Positions 27,508 to 38,700 of a DNA stretch of 64,000 nt are shown here, piece after piece (within the stretch, counting starts at the first letter, position 1; each line of letters begins with the position of its first letter). The notes under the pieces are model-generated. The model saw nothing but the letters and a program-made list of their open reading frames with translations. It did not search any database and was not told the origin of the DNA. The translations under genes and the position numbers were made by a program. Source of the stretch: Chitinophagaceae bacterium (GTDB lineage: Bacteria > Bacteroidota > Bacteroidia > Chitinophagales > Chitinophagaceae); assembly GCA_014379965.1 (NCBI GenBank), contig JACMKU010000062.1, positions 19,878 to 83,877 on the forward strand. Reading direction: 5' to 3'.

Positions 27508-30500
27508 ATGGCAGGTGAACTCGAAAATAAACTGATAAGCAAGACTAATACAGGGTTTCCCGACTATCTTGACTTCAACCGACTCAGGACCGAAGCGATT
27601 CACCATATCGGCAAGTTATCGGGGAAAGTGTGGACGGATCACAATGTACACGACCCTGGTATCACCATACTGGAGACACTCATCTACGCAATCCTCGACC
27701 TTGGATATCGTACTAACCTGCCGCCAGCCGACCTGTTTGCAAGTGACCCTGAAAACAAGGATCCCGATAACAATTTCTTTCTCCCTTCTCGGATCCTTGC
27801 CAACAATCCTCTGACGATAACTGACTTTCGTAAACTATTGGTGGATATCAGGGGAGTAAAGAACGCCTGGTTGGAAGTCGATGAGGAGATGGCAGTGGAT
27901 TTTTGCGATGATGAGATAAAGCAACGTGACAGGTACGAAAAGCAACAGAAAGACAAACGCCAACCTTGCGAATGCGATAGAGTAAACGGGCTGTATCACG
28001 TTTATATACAATTGGAAGACTCAATCGATCCTGCCTCAACAGTAGGAGATGCAATAATCTCGAAGATCAAACGGGTATTGTTCGCCCACAGGAATCTGTG
28101 TGAAGATTACCTCGACATTAAAGTATTGTGCAGACTGGAGATCGGTTTATGTGCCGATATAGAACTGGAGCCCGGTATTGACGTAGATGAAGCATACAGG
28201 GTGATCACCGCGTCGCTGGGAGAATTCTTCTCGCCTTCTCCACGGTTTTATACTTTCCAGGAACTCCTGGATAAAGGGAGAACGGTGGATGAGATATATG
28301 CAGGAAGACCGTTTGATATTACGGAGAGTCATGGGTTTGTGGACACACAGGAATTTGAGGAAATGAGGCTTAGGAGGATGATTCACCTTTCCGATGTATA
28401 CAACCTGTTGTTTTCATTGAAAGGGGTTAGCAGTATCCGTAACCTCGGGTGGATTACCTGCTGCGAGGATAAAGATAGAAAGAGCAATTCTAGCTGGCAG
28501 CTGCATCTTCCAGAGCATCATATACCCATATTTTCTGAAGTATGTTCAGGTTTCCGATTTTATCAAACCGGGATACCAGTAAAAAGGACTATCACAAATG
28601 GGCTGGCAAATAACCTCGGGCTTCGTCTCAGGCCAAAAGGAGTTTATAAGCTTCCCTCTCCCTATCTGGAACCCGAGTATCCCCGAGGCACATACAGAAA
28701 AGACCTGGCAGATTACTTTTCAATCCAGAATGATTTTCCAAAAGTATATGGCATAAGTGAAGGGGGGTTGGCTAACGATGTTTCTGTCAAACGTAAGTCG
28801 CAAGCAAGGCAGCTCCAGGGGTTTCTCCTTTTCTTTGATCAACTTCTTGCCAATTATCTCGTTCAGCTAAAAAATATCCGATCTCTTTTTTCTTTGACAT
28901 CATCTTCGGATAAAAAATCGAACCATACCTATTTTACTAACCAGCTTAAAGACGTTCCATACTTCAAAGAGCTTGTCCGTTTTTCAACAGAGGAGGGAAT
29001 TACAGGAAAAGAAGGTAACATTCTTGCGTATCCCACGCCGCGAAAAAATCTTCAAACCGTTATTGAAAGCGACAAATTGAAATTCCATGGGGTCGGCAAA
29101 AATTGTGATGATCCTTGTAATGATGACTTTCCGGAATACAGGTACTGCTTTGCTACCGAGCGCGACCAGGGCGCAGTTCAATTGCGGCATGATCTGCAGT
29201 ACGGGGAGTTTGAGCCCGTGATTGTTTCTAACACGGAGAATTGCTATTTCTTCTACCTGTTTACGTCATCAATGGACTTTGCAGTCATCAGCAGGAATTT
29301 CTATGGAAGTGAGCAGGAGGCAAAAAATGCGGCCACCTCTTTCAGATATATAGGTTCATCTGAACGTAATATCAGGCGATACGTGGTAAAGGGAAAAAGA
29401 CATCGGGACGAACGCTTCTCCTTCTCTATTGAGCTCAACCTGGCGACCTATGCCTCATACCTGCAGGAGTTGGTAGAAGACGACGAGCTATATCGGTCAA
29501 GACGGCAGAACTTCCTGGATCACCTGTTAGCCAGGTTCGCTGAGAAGTTTGCGATCTATGGTTTATTGAGTTCCGGTCATTTCAGTGCCAGCGACATCAG
29601 CACTCGAAAGATAAAGGCCGTTGAAAAATTCTTATCGTCATATGACGATATCAGCAGCAATCGTGGGAAGGCCTATGATTATACAAAGGATATTTCTAAA
29701 ATCAAAAACACTTCGGGGTTTGAGAAAAGATTCAAAGCGCTTGCTGGGATCGATAATTGGGATCGTCACTATCTCTGCAATTTCGTGGTTGAAGCTGCGG
29801 ATCAGGAATACAGGATCCTGATTGAACTGTTCAATGAAGCTTTTGAGGTCCCCGACAAACTATTCAGTAAAGCCGGCGCTTTGGCGTCGCTTCAAGCTGC
29901 CTATTCAAAGTTGTTGGACAAACCCGTCTTTGAGACAGAGGCAAAAAGGGATGGATCTGGATGGCAGATATTCTTCCGGGATGGAGTAAACAATAAATAC
30001 GTGCTAAGGCGCGAAGCCGTTAGCATGGACGAAGCCTCGGCAATCAGGAAAAAACTAGATGCGTTCTATAACCTCAAACCCGATAGGCAGGAAAATGTGC
30101 ACGTTGGCACAGAGATATTCAAGGTGGTGGTGGCAGATCATGCAGGAACGCCGTTGGCGGAGAGCAAGGAGAAGTTTGACAATAGAGAGAAAGCGATAGC
30201 ATTTTCCGATCGCATTGTACCGAAGGTCTCCGGACATCTGAAAGACGAGAAGGAATTTACCTGGTTTCAGAAGAAGAACGCACCCGAAAAGCTGGTTCTA
30301 CGATCGAAGCATAGTGGTCGGTCGGAATTCATAGATGTAACAGGGTTTAATTACAAAGAAGTGGATGTACATCACCTCAAGACTGTGAAGAAGAGGTTCT
30401 CTATGATTAACCGGGAGGCTACCATCCAATTCGATTCTCTGATTAATCACGATACTTCAAAGCATGCTAAGGAAGAGTTTCAACAACTTCTTCTCCTGTT

Positions 30501-33500
30501 GCACGATGAGGATAACTATAAAGTTGAAAAAGACCTCGATGAAAAGGTTTACAAGTTATATGTCAGTGACGGGACAAAGAAGAGAGCAGTGTTCCTCGAC
30601 ACTTTCCAGGGGGAGGCAGAAGGACTCGCTAAAGCTGTTGAGCTTTTTTCAGGTGTACGATCCCAAACCTACCGGACAACCATTTCCGATCCTATAGCGG
30701 ACACCTGGGAATTTATCTTCAAAGCCACCGACCTGGAAGGAAATGAATTGAAGTTCAAGAGCGACGCTTCGTTTAAAAACGAGGAGAAGGCCTGGGTTGC
30801 AGCTAGAGAATTTCACAGGCAGATCGAATTCACGAATGTGAAAAGCACGAAGGAGGGGATGCGGATAGAATTAAATAAGAAAGCTGGAGGAATGCAAGTC
30901 GTTGCATCTTTAGGCGATCTTGATGAAGAGAAGAAGGCGGCCTTGCAGAGAGAACTCGAGACGAGGATAAAGACTGTTGGGGCATTGAAAGAGGTGGATA
31001 AGGAATCGCTGGAAGGCAGGCTCGAGCAGTTCCGCGTGAATAAGAACGAGGAGTATATATTTAAACTTGTAGATAAGAACAACCTGCGCGCGTTAGTGAC
31101 GAGGTCAGCCTGGAAAAAGTTTAATGATGACCCGATTTTGCTGAAAGCGGAGTTGGTCAAACTCGCGGAGAATGGATTTAACTATATCGATATTTACCTG
31201 GCAGGCGAGATATTCACTGAACGAAAGGAGCCGGCGAGTAAGGCAAGGCGATATCATTACCAGGTTAAATGCACGAACCGTTTTTATCAAGCCGGTCCAT
31301 TAGCAGGGAAAGAATTGATCCTGTTTGAAAGCATAATGGGATACCAGGATAGGGAAGAAGCACAAAAGGGTTTTGAGAAAGACCTTCATCTATTGTTGCA
31401 AAAGGCAATGGATCCCGCAAACTACGGCCTTGATGAAGTGATCAGCACAGAAATAGAACTCGATTATGTGTTGGATAGCTGCAATACCCGAAAGAGTATT
31501 GTCTTCATTCCAAAAGAGACGATGGACCATTTTGGTGGCTATGAGGTTCACCGTGGCATCATCCCTTTGGTGAAAAGCTATCCTATCAGGCTGATTGGGA
31601 AGGACAGGTACATTTTCGTGGCGGCCAATATCGATGAAGCGAAGAGTGAGACGCAGGTGTATTGGAGAAGCACAAAAAGCTTTATCGATTCGACAGAGGC
31701 AATGCACGAGTTTCAATTCTTCCTGGTGCTGATAAAATTTAAAGGAAACTATTACCTGGACAAGTCACCTGGCGCCATTCGGCCACACCTATATCTCAGG
31801 GAGGTGTTAGCAGTAAGCGCACATGGATATCCCACGGCGGCCGCAGCATGGGGCACTGAAGGGATCTGGAAGTTCATTTGCGTTGCACAAGCCAAAAATG
31901 GATTTCATAACTATTGGAATTGGAAGCAGTGTAATTATAGCTTCTATACGGCTTGCGGAAACACTGGACTAGTGCATCCGTGTTCATATGAATCACCAAA
32001 GAGGCGGGATGCGGTGATGGCCCGTTTAATTGCGGGATCGGGATTCGATTTTACATCTCTACTGAGTATCGAGGATGCTCAGCACATCCTGCTACACAAA
32101 TATGACAAGACGGTGGGTGCAGCAATTTCCCGTATCAATATCGTTGGCCCACCGCTATTTGACGGTAATGGCAAGATCTCATATAACAACCCGGATTTCT
32201 GTAGATGGATGCTCCAACTTATTGAATGGGCAGGCGACGATACAAGATATTCGCCCAAGGTAAAAGGTTGGCAGCTCGTAATTAAATACACTGATCCAAA
32301 CGATAAGAAAGTGAAGGATCATGTATTGGCAGAATCGCTGGAGGATGATATTTCAAAACAACAATGGAAGATGCAACTTCTGTCAGCTTTGTGTTATTTC
32401 CCAATAAACAAAGTAGACGATCGCTTTTATGTCGAGTTTCGCCTTCCGGGCGCAGATGATTGCTTCAGTGTCGGGTATTCCCAGGAAAAAGATGTGTGCG
32501 AGGATTGTGAGGTTTCCTGCTATAGTTCCTGGAAGAGCGAATGTTGTTTCAGCACTTGTGTTGAGGCGTGGAGATTTTATTATTATGCACTTGCGCTGAT
32601 ACGAGTTCGCGAGAACTACAAACCGGTTTATGATTGCGAATGTGGATCCTATCGCGTCGAGCTACATCCTCAGTTGAACACAGAAGGAAAAAGAATGCTA
32701 GCCCAATCTCTTAAGGAGGTCAATGATAGCAGTAAGAGAATGCTGGAGTTGGCCAGTCGTTCATTTGGAGGCGTGCGACAACAGGAAACAGGTTCAGCAC
32801 CGAGAGGTATCAAGTGTCTTAGCGAGATAGTCGCCATTAACCCTCAACTATACACAAACGAAAGAATGGCTTGTGAAGCGGTTGACCGTGCGAAGAGTTT
32901 AATTAATAGTGAAGGTCTTCACCTGGTGGAACACATCTTGCTTCGACCGCGGTGTAAGGATAAAGATGGGAAATATCTTGATTGTAAATGTGAAGGCGAT
33001 CCGCTGCCTGGTCCGTGTATTCCAGATGAGGATAAGGTCTGCCATTTTAAATGGTCACCAGGAGCAGATGCAGAGCGGTGCGAATTGGAGAAGACAATTT
33101 GTTTTACTCCCGGATGCGACCCTTATTCCTTTATTGCTACGGTGGCATTGCCTGCATGGCCCGCCCGTTTTCGCACAAAGGCGGGTAGAGAGATTGTTGA
33201 GAAGGCGTTACGTCGTGAGGCGCCGGCGCACATCCTGTTACGAATACTCTGGCTCACCCCGCGTGATTATTGCTGCTTCGAATATTATTTCAGGCAATGG
33301 AGCCAATGGTTGGCACTTAAGGATATGAGCGCTCCCTACTCTAATTGTCGTTTCCTCGAATTGTTGTTTAAGAAAAAATTTCCCGAACTGCCGGAGTGTA
33401 CTGAGTGTATCCCTTGTGAGCCGCTGGCCACAGTGGAGCCTAATTGCTTCGAGAATGATCGAAAACCAAGCAAGGACTGCGACGTGATGAACATTGAGGC

Positions 33501-34161
33501 AACAGTGAGCAGGCAGGTGAACGAACTGTTTTGCTGGTCACGAGATTCCTGGCCAGATGCGGAAGAAGAAAAATACAGGGCCTGTGGTGAAATGGAGGAG
33601 CGAGTTTTCGAAAGATCCTTGATGCCGGAACAGAAGAAAGACAAAGACGAGGCGGTTAAGATGGATGCAAACAGGAAAGGAACAAAGGAATATGCGAAGG
33701 AAAAGGCAAGCGTTGTGAGAGGCCGCGCCAAACGTTACGCAGATCATGTAGGGATGATATTGGCAGCGTATGGACAAAACCATGTGGCGAGGGAAGCTGG
33801 AACATTCCTTACCAATACAGAAGCTAAACCCGAGGTATACAAGGAGTTGGTCCATAAAATACTTGATGAGGGACCAGAAACGAGCCCTGACCACTTACAT
33901 GACGTGGCGAAGGAGGAGCTCATCAAGAATATAACCTGGAAATACCTGGACCTTGCCTGCTTCAGCAACAAGGAGACGGTGGAGGAACAGGATAAGGAAC
34001 GGGAGAAGATTGTACAGTTGGCGGAATTCTTTCGGTCCTTGCGAGAGCGTAAAGTGGATATGCAGAGGGTATTTGACGGCTGGGACGAGAAGCAGGTTGC
34101 CAGGTACGAGTCTCTACCAGGGGGAAATAGTGTTCGCAATATTTTAACCGGGGATCAATGA
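27508..34161 (+). CDS. Giant baseplate-associated protein (Afp12-like N-terminus plus long extension)
   Basis: 2217 aa. The N-terminal motif WTDHNVHDPGITILETLIYAILDLGYR is one I associate with eCIS Afp12-type baseplate proteins. The remaining ~1900 aa are unassigned and include Cys-dense blocks near the C-terminus. Confidence 0.6.
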   Translation: MAGELENKLISKTNTGFPDYLDFNRLRTEAIHHIGKLSGKVWTDHNVHDPGITILETLIYAILDLGYRTNLPPADLFASDPENKDPDNNFFLPSRILANNPLTITDFRKLLVDIRGVKNAWLEVDEEMAVDFCDDEIKQRDRYEKQQKDKRQPCECDRVNGLYHVYIQLEDSIDPASTVGDAIISKIKRVLFAHRNLCEDYLDIKVLCRLEIGLCADIELEPGIDVDEAYRVITASLGEFFSPSPRFYTFQELLDKGRTVDEIYAGRPFDITESHGFVDTQEFEEMRLRRMIHLSDVYNLLFSLKGVSSIRNLGWITCCEDKDRKSNSSWQLHLPEHHIPIFSEVCSGFRFYQTGIPVKRTITNGLANNLGLRLRPKGVYKLPSPYLEPEYPRGTYRKDLADYFSIQNDFPKVYGISEGGLANDVSVKRKSQARQLQGFLLFFDQLLANYLVQLKNIRSLFSLTSSSDKKSNHTYFTNQLKDVPYFKELVRFSTEEGITGKEGNILAYPTPRKNLQTVIESDKLKFHGVGKNCDDPCNDDFPEYRYCFATERDQGAVQLRHDLQYGEFEPVIVSNTENCYFFYLFTSSMDFAVISRNFYGSEQEAKNAATSFRYIGSSERNIRRYVVKGKRHRDERFSFSIELNLATYASYLQELVEDDELYRSRRQNFLDHLLARFAEKFAIYGLLSSGHFSASDISTRKIKAVEKFLSSYDDISSNRGKAYDYTKDISKIKNTSGFEKRFKALAGIDNWDRHYLCNFVVEAADQEYRILIELFNEAFEVPDKLFSKAGALASLQAAYSKLLDKPVFETEAKRDGSGWQIFFRDGVNNKYVLRREAVSMDEASAIRKKLDAFYNLKPDRQENVHVGTEIFKVVVADHAGTPLAESKEKFDNREKAIAFSDRIVPKVSGHLKDEKEFTWFQKKNAPEKLVLRSKHSGRSEFIDVTGFNYKEVDVHHLKTVKKRFSMINREATIQFDSLINHDTSKHAKEEFQQLLLLLHDEDNYKVEKDLDEKVYKLYVSDGTKKRAVFLDTFQGEAEGLAKAVELFSGVRSQTYRTTISDPIADTWEFIFKATDLEGNELKFKSDASFKNEEKAWVAAREFHRQIEFTNVKSTKEGMRIELNKKAGGMQVVASLGDLDEEKKAALQRELETRIKTVGALKEVDKESLEGRLEQFRVNKNEEYIFKLVDKNNLRALVTRSAWKKFNDDPILLKAELVKLAENGFNYIDIYLAGEIFTERKEPASKARRYHYQVKCTNRFYQAGPLAGKELILFESIMGYQDREEAQKGFEKDLHLLLQKAMDPANYGLDEVISTEIELDYVLDSCNTRKSIVFIPKETMDHFGGYEVHRGIIPLVKSYPIRLIGKDRYIFVAANIDEAKSETQVYWRSTKSFIDSTEAMHEFQFFLVLIKFKGNYYLDKSPGAIRPHLYLREVLAVSAHGYPTAAAAWGTEGIWKFICVAQAKNGFHNYWNWKQCNYSFYTACGNTGLVHPCSYESPKRRDAVMARLIAGSGFDFTSLLSIEDAQHILLHKYDKTVGAAISRINIVGPPLFDGNGKISYNNPDFCRWMLQLIEWAGDDTRYSPKVKGWQLVIKYTDPNDKKVKDHVLAESLEDDISKQQWKMQLLSALCYFPINKVDDRFYVEFRLPGADDCFSVGYSQEKDVCEDCEVSCYSSWKSECCFSTCVEAWRFYYYALALIRVRENYKPVYDCECGSYRVELHPQLNTEGKRMLAQSLKEVNDSSKRMLELASRSFGGVRQQETGSAPRGIKCLSEIVAINPQLYTNERMACEAVDRAKSLINSEGLHLVEHILLRPRCKDKDGKYLDCKCEGDPLPGPCIPDEDKVCHFKWSPGADAERCELEKTICFTPGCDPYSFIATVALPAWPARFRTKAGREIVEKALRREAPAHILLRILWLTPRDYCCFEYYFRQWSQWLALKDMSAPYSNCRFLELLFKKKFPELPECTECIPCEPLATVEPNCFENDRKPSKDCDVMNIEATVSRQVNELFCWSRDSWPDAEEEKYRACGEMEERVFERSLMPEQKKDKDEAVKMDANRKGTKEYAKEKASVVRGRAKRYADHVGMILAAYGQNHVAREAGTFLTNTEAKPEVYKELVHKILDEGPETSPDHLHDVAKEELIKNITWKYLDLACFSNKETVEEQDKEREKIVQLAEFFRSLRERKVDMQRVFDGWDEKQVARYESLPGGNSVRNILTGDQ

Positions 34162-34167
34162 TAGAGT

Positions 34168-35712
34168 ATGCAACACATAATTAAAAAGCAAATGGTGGAG
34201 TTGACGATTTCCAACAGGAAGCATGCTTTTCGACTACAACAGTTGGTAAGCGAGCACTACTGGCGCGACATGGTGCGGGTAATTGCAAAGGCATTTGATG
34301 AGGCCACCGGAGAGGAGGAAATACTGCAGGTTGACAAACTTGAGATCGATCTTGGTAGAATTAGCGAAAAGGATATCATGAAAGGGAGATGGACGGAGGT
34401 ATTATTCAAGAAGATCACCGAAAAATTGAAAGAGCTGAAACATGCACCTGTTCCTGGAATGAATGTCTCTATAGTTTTGAACGCGATCGGAGTTGCCGAT
34501 CAATGGCTGTTCTACATGCTCCGTGGGTTTCTGCCATGGAATGTCAAGGCGATCGACTTGAAATGGCATGTCCAGGTGCTGCAGGCATTCGCAACAGAAC
34601 ATGCCGCTATTGTTAAACTCCGGAATGCTATTCTGAATCATCCCAACATGGTGACAAGGATAGTGCGTCAACACGGGGAAGATTTTGTTGTAGCCCTGTT
34701 GGAAGCGATTACTGCAAAAGACCAAAAGGAATTACCAGAGGTAGTAGATGAACTAATAAAGGTGATTTGCTTCCTGGAGGAAGAGAATCAAGTCAGGAGC
34801 ACTTCAAAAGCGTATCATCTCAAAGAAAGGTTATGGCAACAGGTCTTACTCCTTGCCGCGCGACGGCAAGGACGGTTTACCAGGAGGGAATTTGTTGAAA
34901 CGCTATTTCGGTCGGGTTATATCCCACTGCGAGCTGAAATAGTACTTCCAATAGAACTCCTCACTTCCGGAAGACTGACTGGAGAAATCCTAGGTGAGTT
35001 GTTATCTATTCAGTCACGAAAACAGGAAGGTGGGGAGGAGACGGAGTCGGCAGGCTCGACTGAGGTAGAGGATGAAAACAGTGTGAAGAAGAAAATGAAG
35101 AAAACTGACCCGGCTGACGGTAAGTCTGATTTAGGATTGGAATCAATTTACGGTAAGGATTCTCCAGAAAATATGGATCGTAAAGGATTGAATGATCCCG
35201 GTCATCTCAGGGATGAAGCGATCTATGTACAGCACGCAGGCGTGATATTGTTGCACTCGTTCCTGAAACCATTTTTTCATAACCTCGGATTGCTGAATAA
35301 GAACTATTTCATTGATGCTCAATCTCGGGAGCGGGCAGTTTTCCTAATTTATTTCCTGGCTACTGGGAAATTGAAGGCGGAGGAACACGAGCTGGTCATT
35401 GAAAAACTTCTGTGCGGATATCCGCTACAAATGCCAGTGCATCGTGAGGTGGTGTTGAATGATAACGAGATCCGGGAGGCGGCCGAGTTGCTAGGAAATG
35501 TGATACGGCATTGGAAGATATTGAAGAATACATCGGTCGACGGACTGCGCGAAAGTTTTCTCCTGCGTCCTGGCAAACTTGGCGATGGTAAGGATGGGCC
35601 CGTATTGCAGGTAGAGCGAAGCAGCATCGATGTATTACTGGATGATATTCCCTGGAATTATACCCTGATCCAGTTAGCATGGCGGAAAGATCTCATCAGG
35701 GTGGAATGGTAA
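34168..35712 (+). CDS. Putative contractile injection system tape measure protein (Afp14-like)
   Basis: 514 aa. The N-terminus MQHIIKKQMVEL...ILQVDKLEIDLGRI matches my recollection of the Bacteroidota CIS tape-measure family. Its position after the baseplate genes fits. This call rests on memory only. Confidence 0.5.
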   Translation: MQHIIKKQMVELTISNRKHAFRLQQLVSEHYWRDMVRVIAKAFDEATGEEEILQVDKLEIDLGRISEKDIMKGRWTEVLFKKITEKLKELKHAPVPGMNVSIVLNAIGVADQWLFYMLRGFLPWNVKAIDLKWHVQVLQAFATEHAAIVKLRNAILNHPNMVTRIVRQHGEDFVVALLEAITAKDQKELPEVVDELIKVICFLEEENQVRSTSKAYHLKERLWQQVLLLAARRQGRFTRREFVETLFRSGYIPLRAEIVLPIELLTSGRLTGEILGELLSIQSRKQEGGEETESAGSTEVEDENSVKKKMKKTDPADGKSDLGLESIYGKDSPENMDRKGLNDPGHLRDEAIYVQHAGVILLHSFLKPFFHNLGLLNKNYFIDAQSRERAVFLIYFLATGKLKAEEHELVIEKLLCGYPLQMPVHREVVLNDNEIREAAELLGNVIRHWKILKNTSVDGLRESFLLRPGKLGDGKDGPVLQVERSSIDVLLDDIPWNYTLIQLAWRKDLIRVEW

Positions 35713-35751
35713 ATGAAAAGACTATGATCTTTAGCGAATGAAAAAATAAGA

Positions 35752-38700
35752 ATGAAAACTTCTGCTCCAAAGCATGCGGCAACTTCTACCGCGACTCATT
35801 CCTCATTCTTCAGGAAAGGGGGGCAGCAAGATTTTTTTTCAAATACATCGGGAAGGCAGCCATTTTTCTCCAATGATGGGGCGGGCATACAGGCCAAGCT
35901 CACGGTAGGAGAGCCTAACGATAAATACGAGAAGGAGGCGGACTCTGTGGCGGACAAGGTCGTTCAGAGAATGGGAGACAATAGCACTTCAACTATCCCA
36001 GATAAAAACGGTATTCAAAGGAAAGCAGTAAATCCTGCTTCGCCTGTCACACCACAGCTGCAGACGAAATGCGACCATTGTGAAGAGGAAGAAATGAAGG
36101 AAAAGGAACAGCAGCCGGAAAAACTTCAGCGCAAACCTATTTTTGAAAGTTCACCCGAGGCGACCGAAGAGGAAACAGTACAACGCAAATGTGCAGAATG
36201 CGAGAAGGAAAAAGAAGAAGAGCATGCAACTCCGGATGCAGAAGTGAATTTGAAGTGTGATGAGTGCGAGAAAGAGGAACAAGTGCAGTCGAAGGAGGAT
36301 ACAATGGTAAACCTGAAGTGTGCGGAGTGTGAGGAAGAAGAGCACGTTCAGTCGAAAAAGGAAACAGCAGTGAATCTGAAGTGTGCCGAATGTGAAAACG
36401 ACGACAATCAGCTGCAACGAAAACCGGAGACAGAGTCTACCTCTTCAATTGACATTGAAGCCACTCTTAGCCAATCTAAAGGATCCGGTTCTCCTCTACC
36501 AGAACCTACGAGAATGGAGATGGAATCTTCGCTTGGATCCGACTTATCGGAGGTAAGGATTCACAATGATTCTACCGCTCAGCACCTGAGTAAAAACCTG
36601 CATGCCCAGGCATTTACCCATGGGAATGACATTTATTTTAATGCAGGCAAATTTGACACAAGTAGCAAAGGCGGGCAACACCTATTAGCCCACGAAATAA
36701 CTCATACGATTCAGCAGAGCAATGGTATTCACAAATCACCGGCGCCAAATATCCAGAGGGAGCCCCAAATGTTCAAGTACGCACTGGTGTATTCGTTTAA
36801 AGGAGAACCTATTTACTATTCCTTTTCTCTTTCTGAAGCTGCCGTGGGAAGGATAAACTCAAATCCCGAATCCGAGAGGCTTATTAAACAAGCGTTGGAT
36901 AAGGTTTTTTATTTCGATAAAGTCCCGGTATATGAAACACCGCCTTTTCTCGCCACAAAAAAGGTTCTCGATTTGATAAATGCAGATCTCGAATTATGGA
37001 ATGGCCAGGGGGATGTGCATCTACGGAAACTTAACTACATGATTACCCGAAGATGGGAATCGATCAACGAAACATTTTTTTTGGAATCGATAATCGAGCA
37101 CTTGAAGCAAGTGGGGATAGATGCATCGTATATCGATTGGAATAAATTAATTCCTTTGCTGAAAGAAGACCTCACCTATTGGACACCACAATCGGCCATC
37201 GAGGCTTCAGAGTTCGACCGCTACGAATGGGTCCTTGATCTTTTGGAGGCGGAAGTCTCAGGAATGGATGCTGTGGTTGGCACTAAAGACTTTGACCCAA
37301 CGGAGTTTAATTATGTATTGTACTCTTTTATTGACAGTAATGAAGCCTTATTCCCGAAAGAGGTTATACAGGAGCATAGCGAGAAATTTCTAATACCGTG
37401 GCTGGAAAAAATAAAAGACGTCAAGTATGCCCCAGATGGATTTTCATTGGAGACGTTCCTGCCTGGAGATGAAGTACAAAAAGCTGAAAGTACACGGGCT
37501 GCACTTCTAAATCAATTCGTCGCAAACGAGGTTCCGGAACTGATGTTCAATTTTGTGTTGGACACATGGGCGACAAGTCAACTCGATCAGAAAACTTGGC
37601 TGAAAACGCTCGATATAAATTCTTATCGAGAGAGGCTTTTGATATTGCTAACAAACATTTTCCTGGATAAAGCTAAAACGGATCCGATTTATCTCAAGGC
37701 TCTAAGAATGCAATCTATAGAGAACGCCAAGTACAATCTTATTAGGATGTTCTATCAGAAGGCATTGAGCGCACAAAGATACAATTCCAATCTTCAAGCT
37801 ACATTCTCCAAAGGATTCAAATCTGAGATGGACCCTGATCAGGTAGCCATCCTGGAAAGCCCTTATGAATACTTCGACGTGTCCGTCAAGATCGCTTCCG
37901 CCACTACTCAGTTTTTAGGTACGATTCAGCCTGATCGATCTATCGGAGATGATACCATAAAATTGATAACTGATGTGACTGCGGCGATGAAAGTTCCAGC
38001 TCAATATGGATTTTTATTAATTGGGTTTGTGACGTTTTGCGATTTGATCAAGCAATATCAGAAAACTATAGAGGAGGAGAAGGCCAGGATCAACGAGGCA
38101 ATCAGGAAGAGGATCAATGTGAGTATTGATGATATAGCAAAAGTTATCAGTCAGTGGTACGAGGTCGCCGAGCAGTTCATGGATAAGAAGTTCAAACCGA
38201 TGTTGAAAACGGTCGCACTCGAATGGCTCGCATCTAATAAGGAAGATATCCGGAATATTCTTGCAAACTACGACACTGCTATTATTAGCTATGTAAGTCA
38301 GCTTAAAGAGAGTGCCGAGGAACTTCAGGCGATCGCAGATGGCTTGCAAAACGATGAGTATGACGAAGTGGAGTTCGAAGGGGAAACAATTACTAAGAGC
38401 TCCTTGCCTGAACTTAAAACCACTATTGAAGCTCTTCGTGCATTGGCTGATAAACACTCATCCAAAGAAAAATCCGAGGAAGAAAAAGGTAAACTTCAGG
38501 AGGCGCTTGACGTTTATGAAGACGTAAAAGAAGATATCCTGGATGATGAATTCGAATGGCTGGACTACACAAAAGACATATTTGAAGAGGCAAGGAGACG
38601 ATTAGGCATTGGTGAGTTTCCTGAGTATGCACGTTATGTAGACATTTTCACCGGGAGAGCTGTCGCTTCGAAGAGTCCGTTCCTCGCGAGGATGATACAA

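Noticed and set aside
12774-34161. Prophage or phage-tail remnant interpretation of the sheath/tube/baseplate genes
   Set aside because: There are no capsid, portal, terminase, integrase, repressor or lysis genes in the window. The presence of DUF4255, DUF4157 cargo proteins and a terminal AAA+ ATPase fits the eCIS gene set instead.
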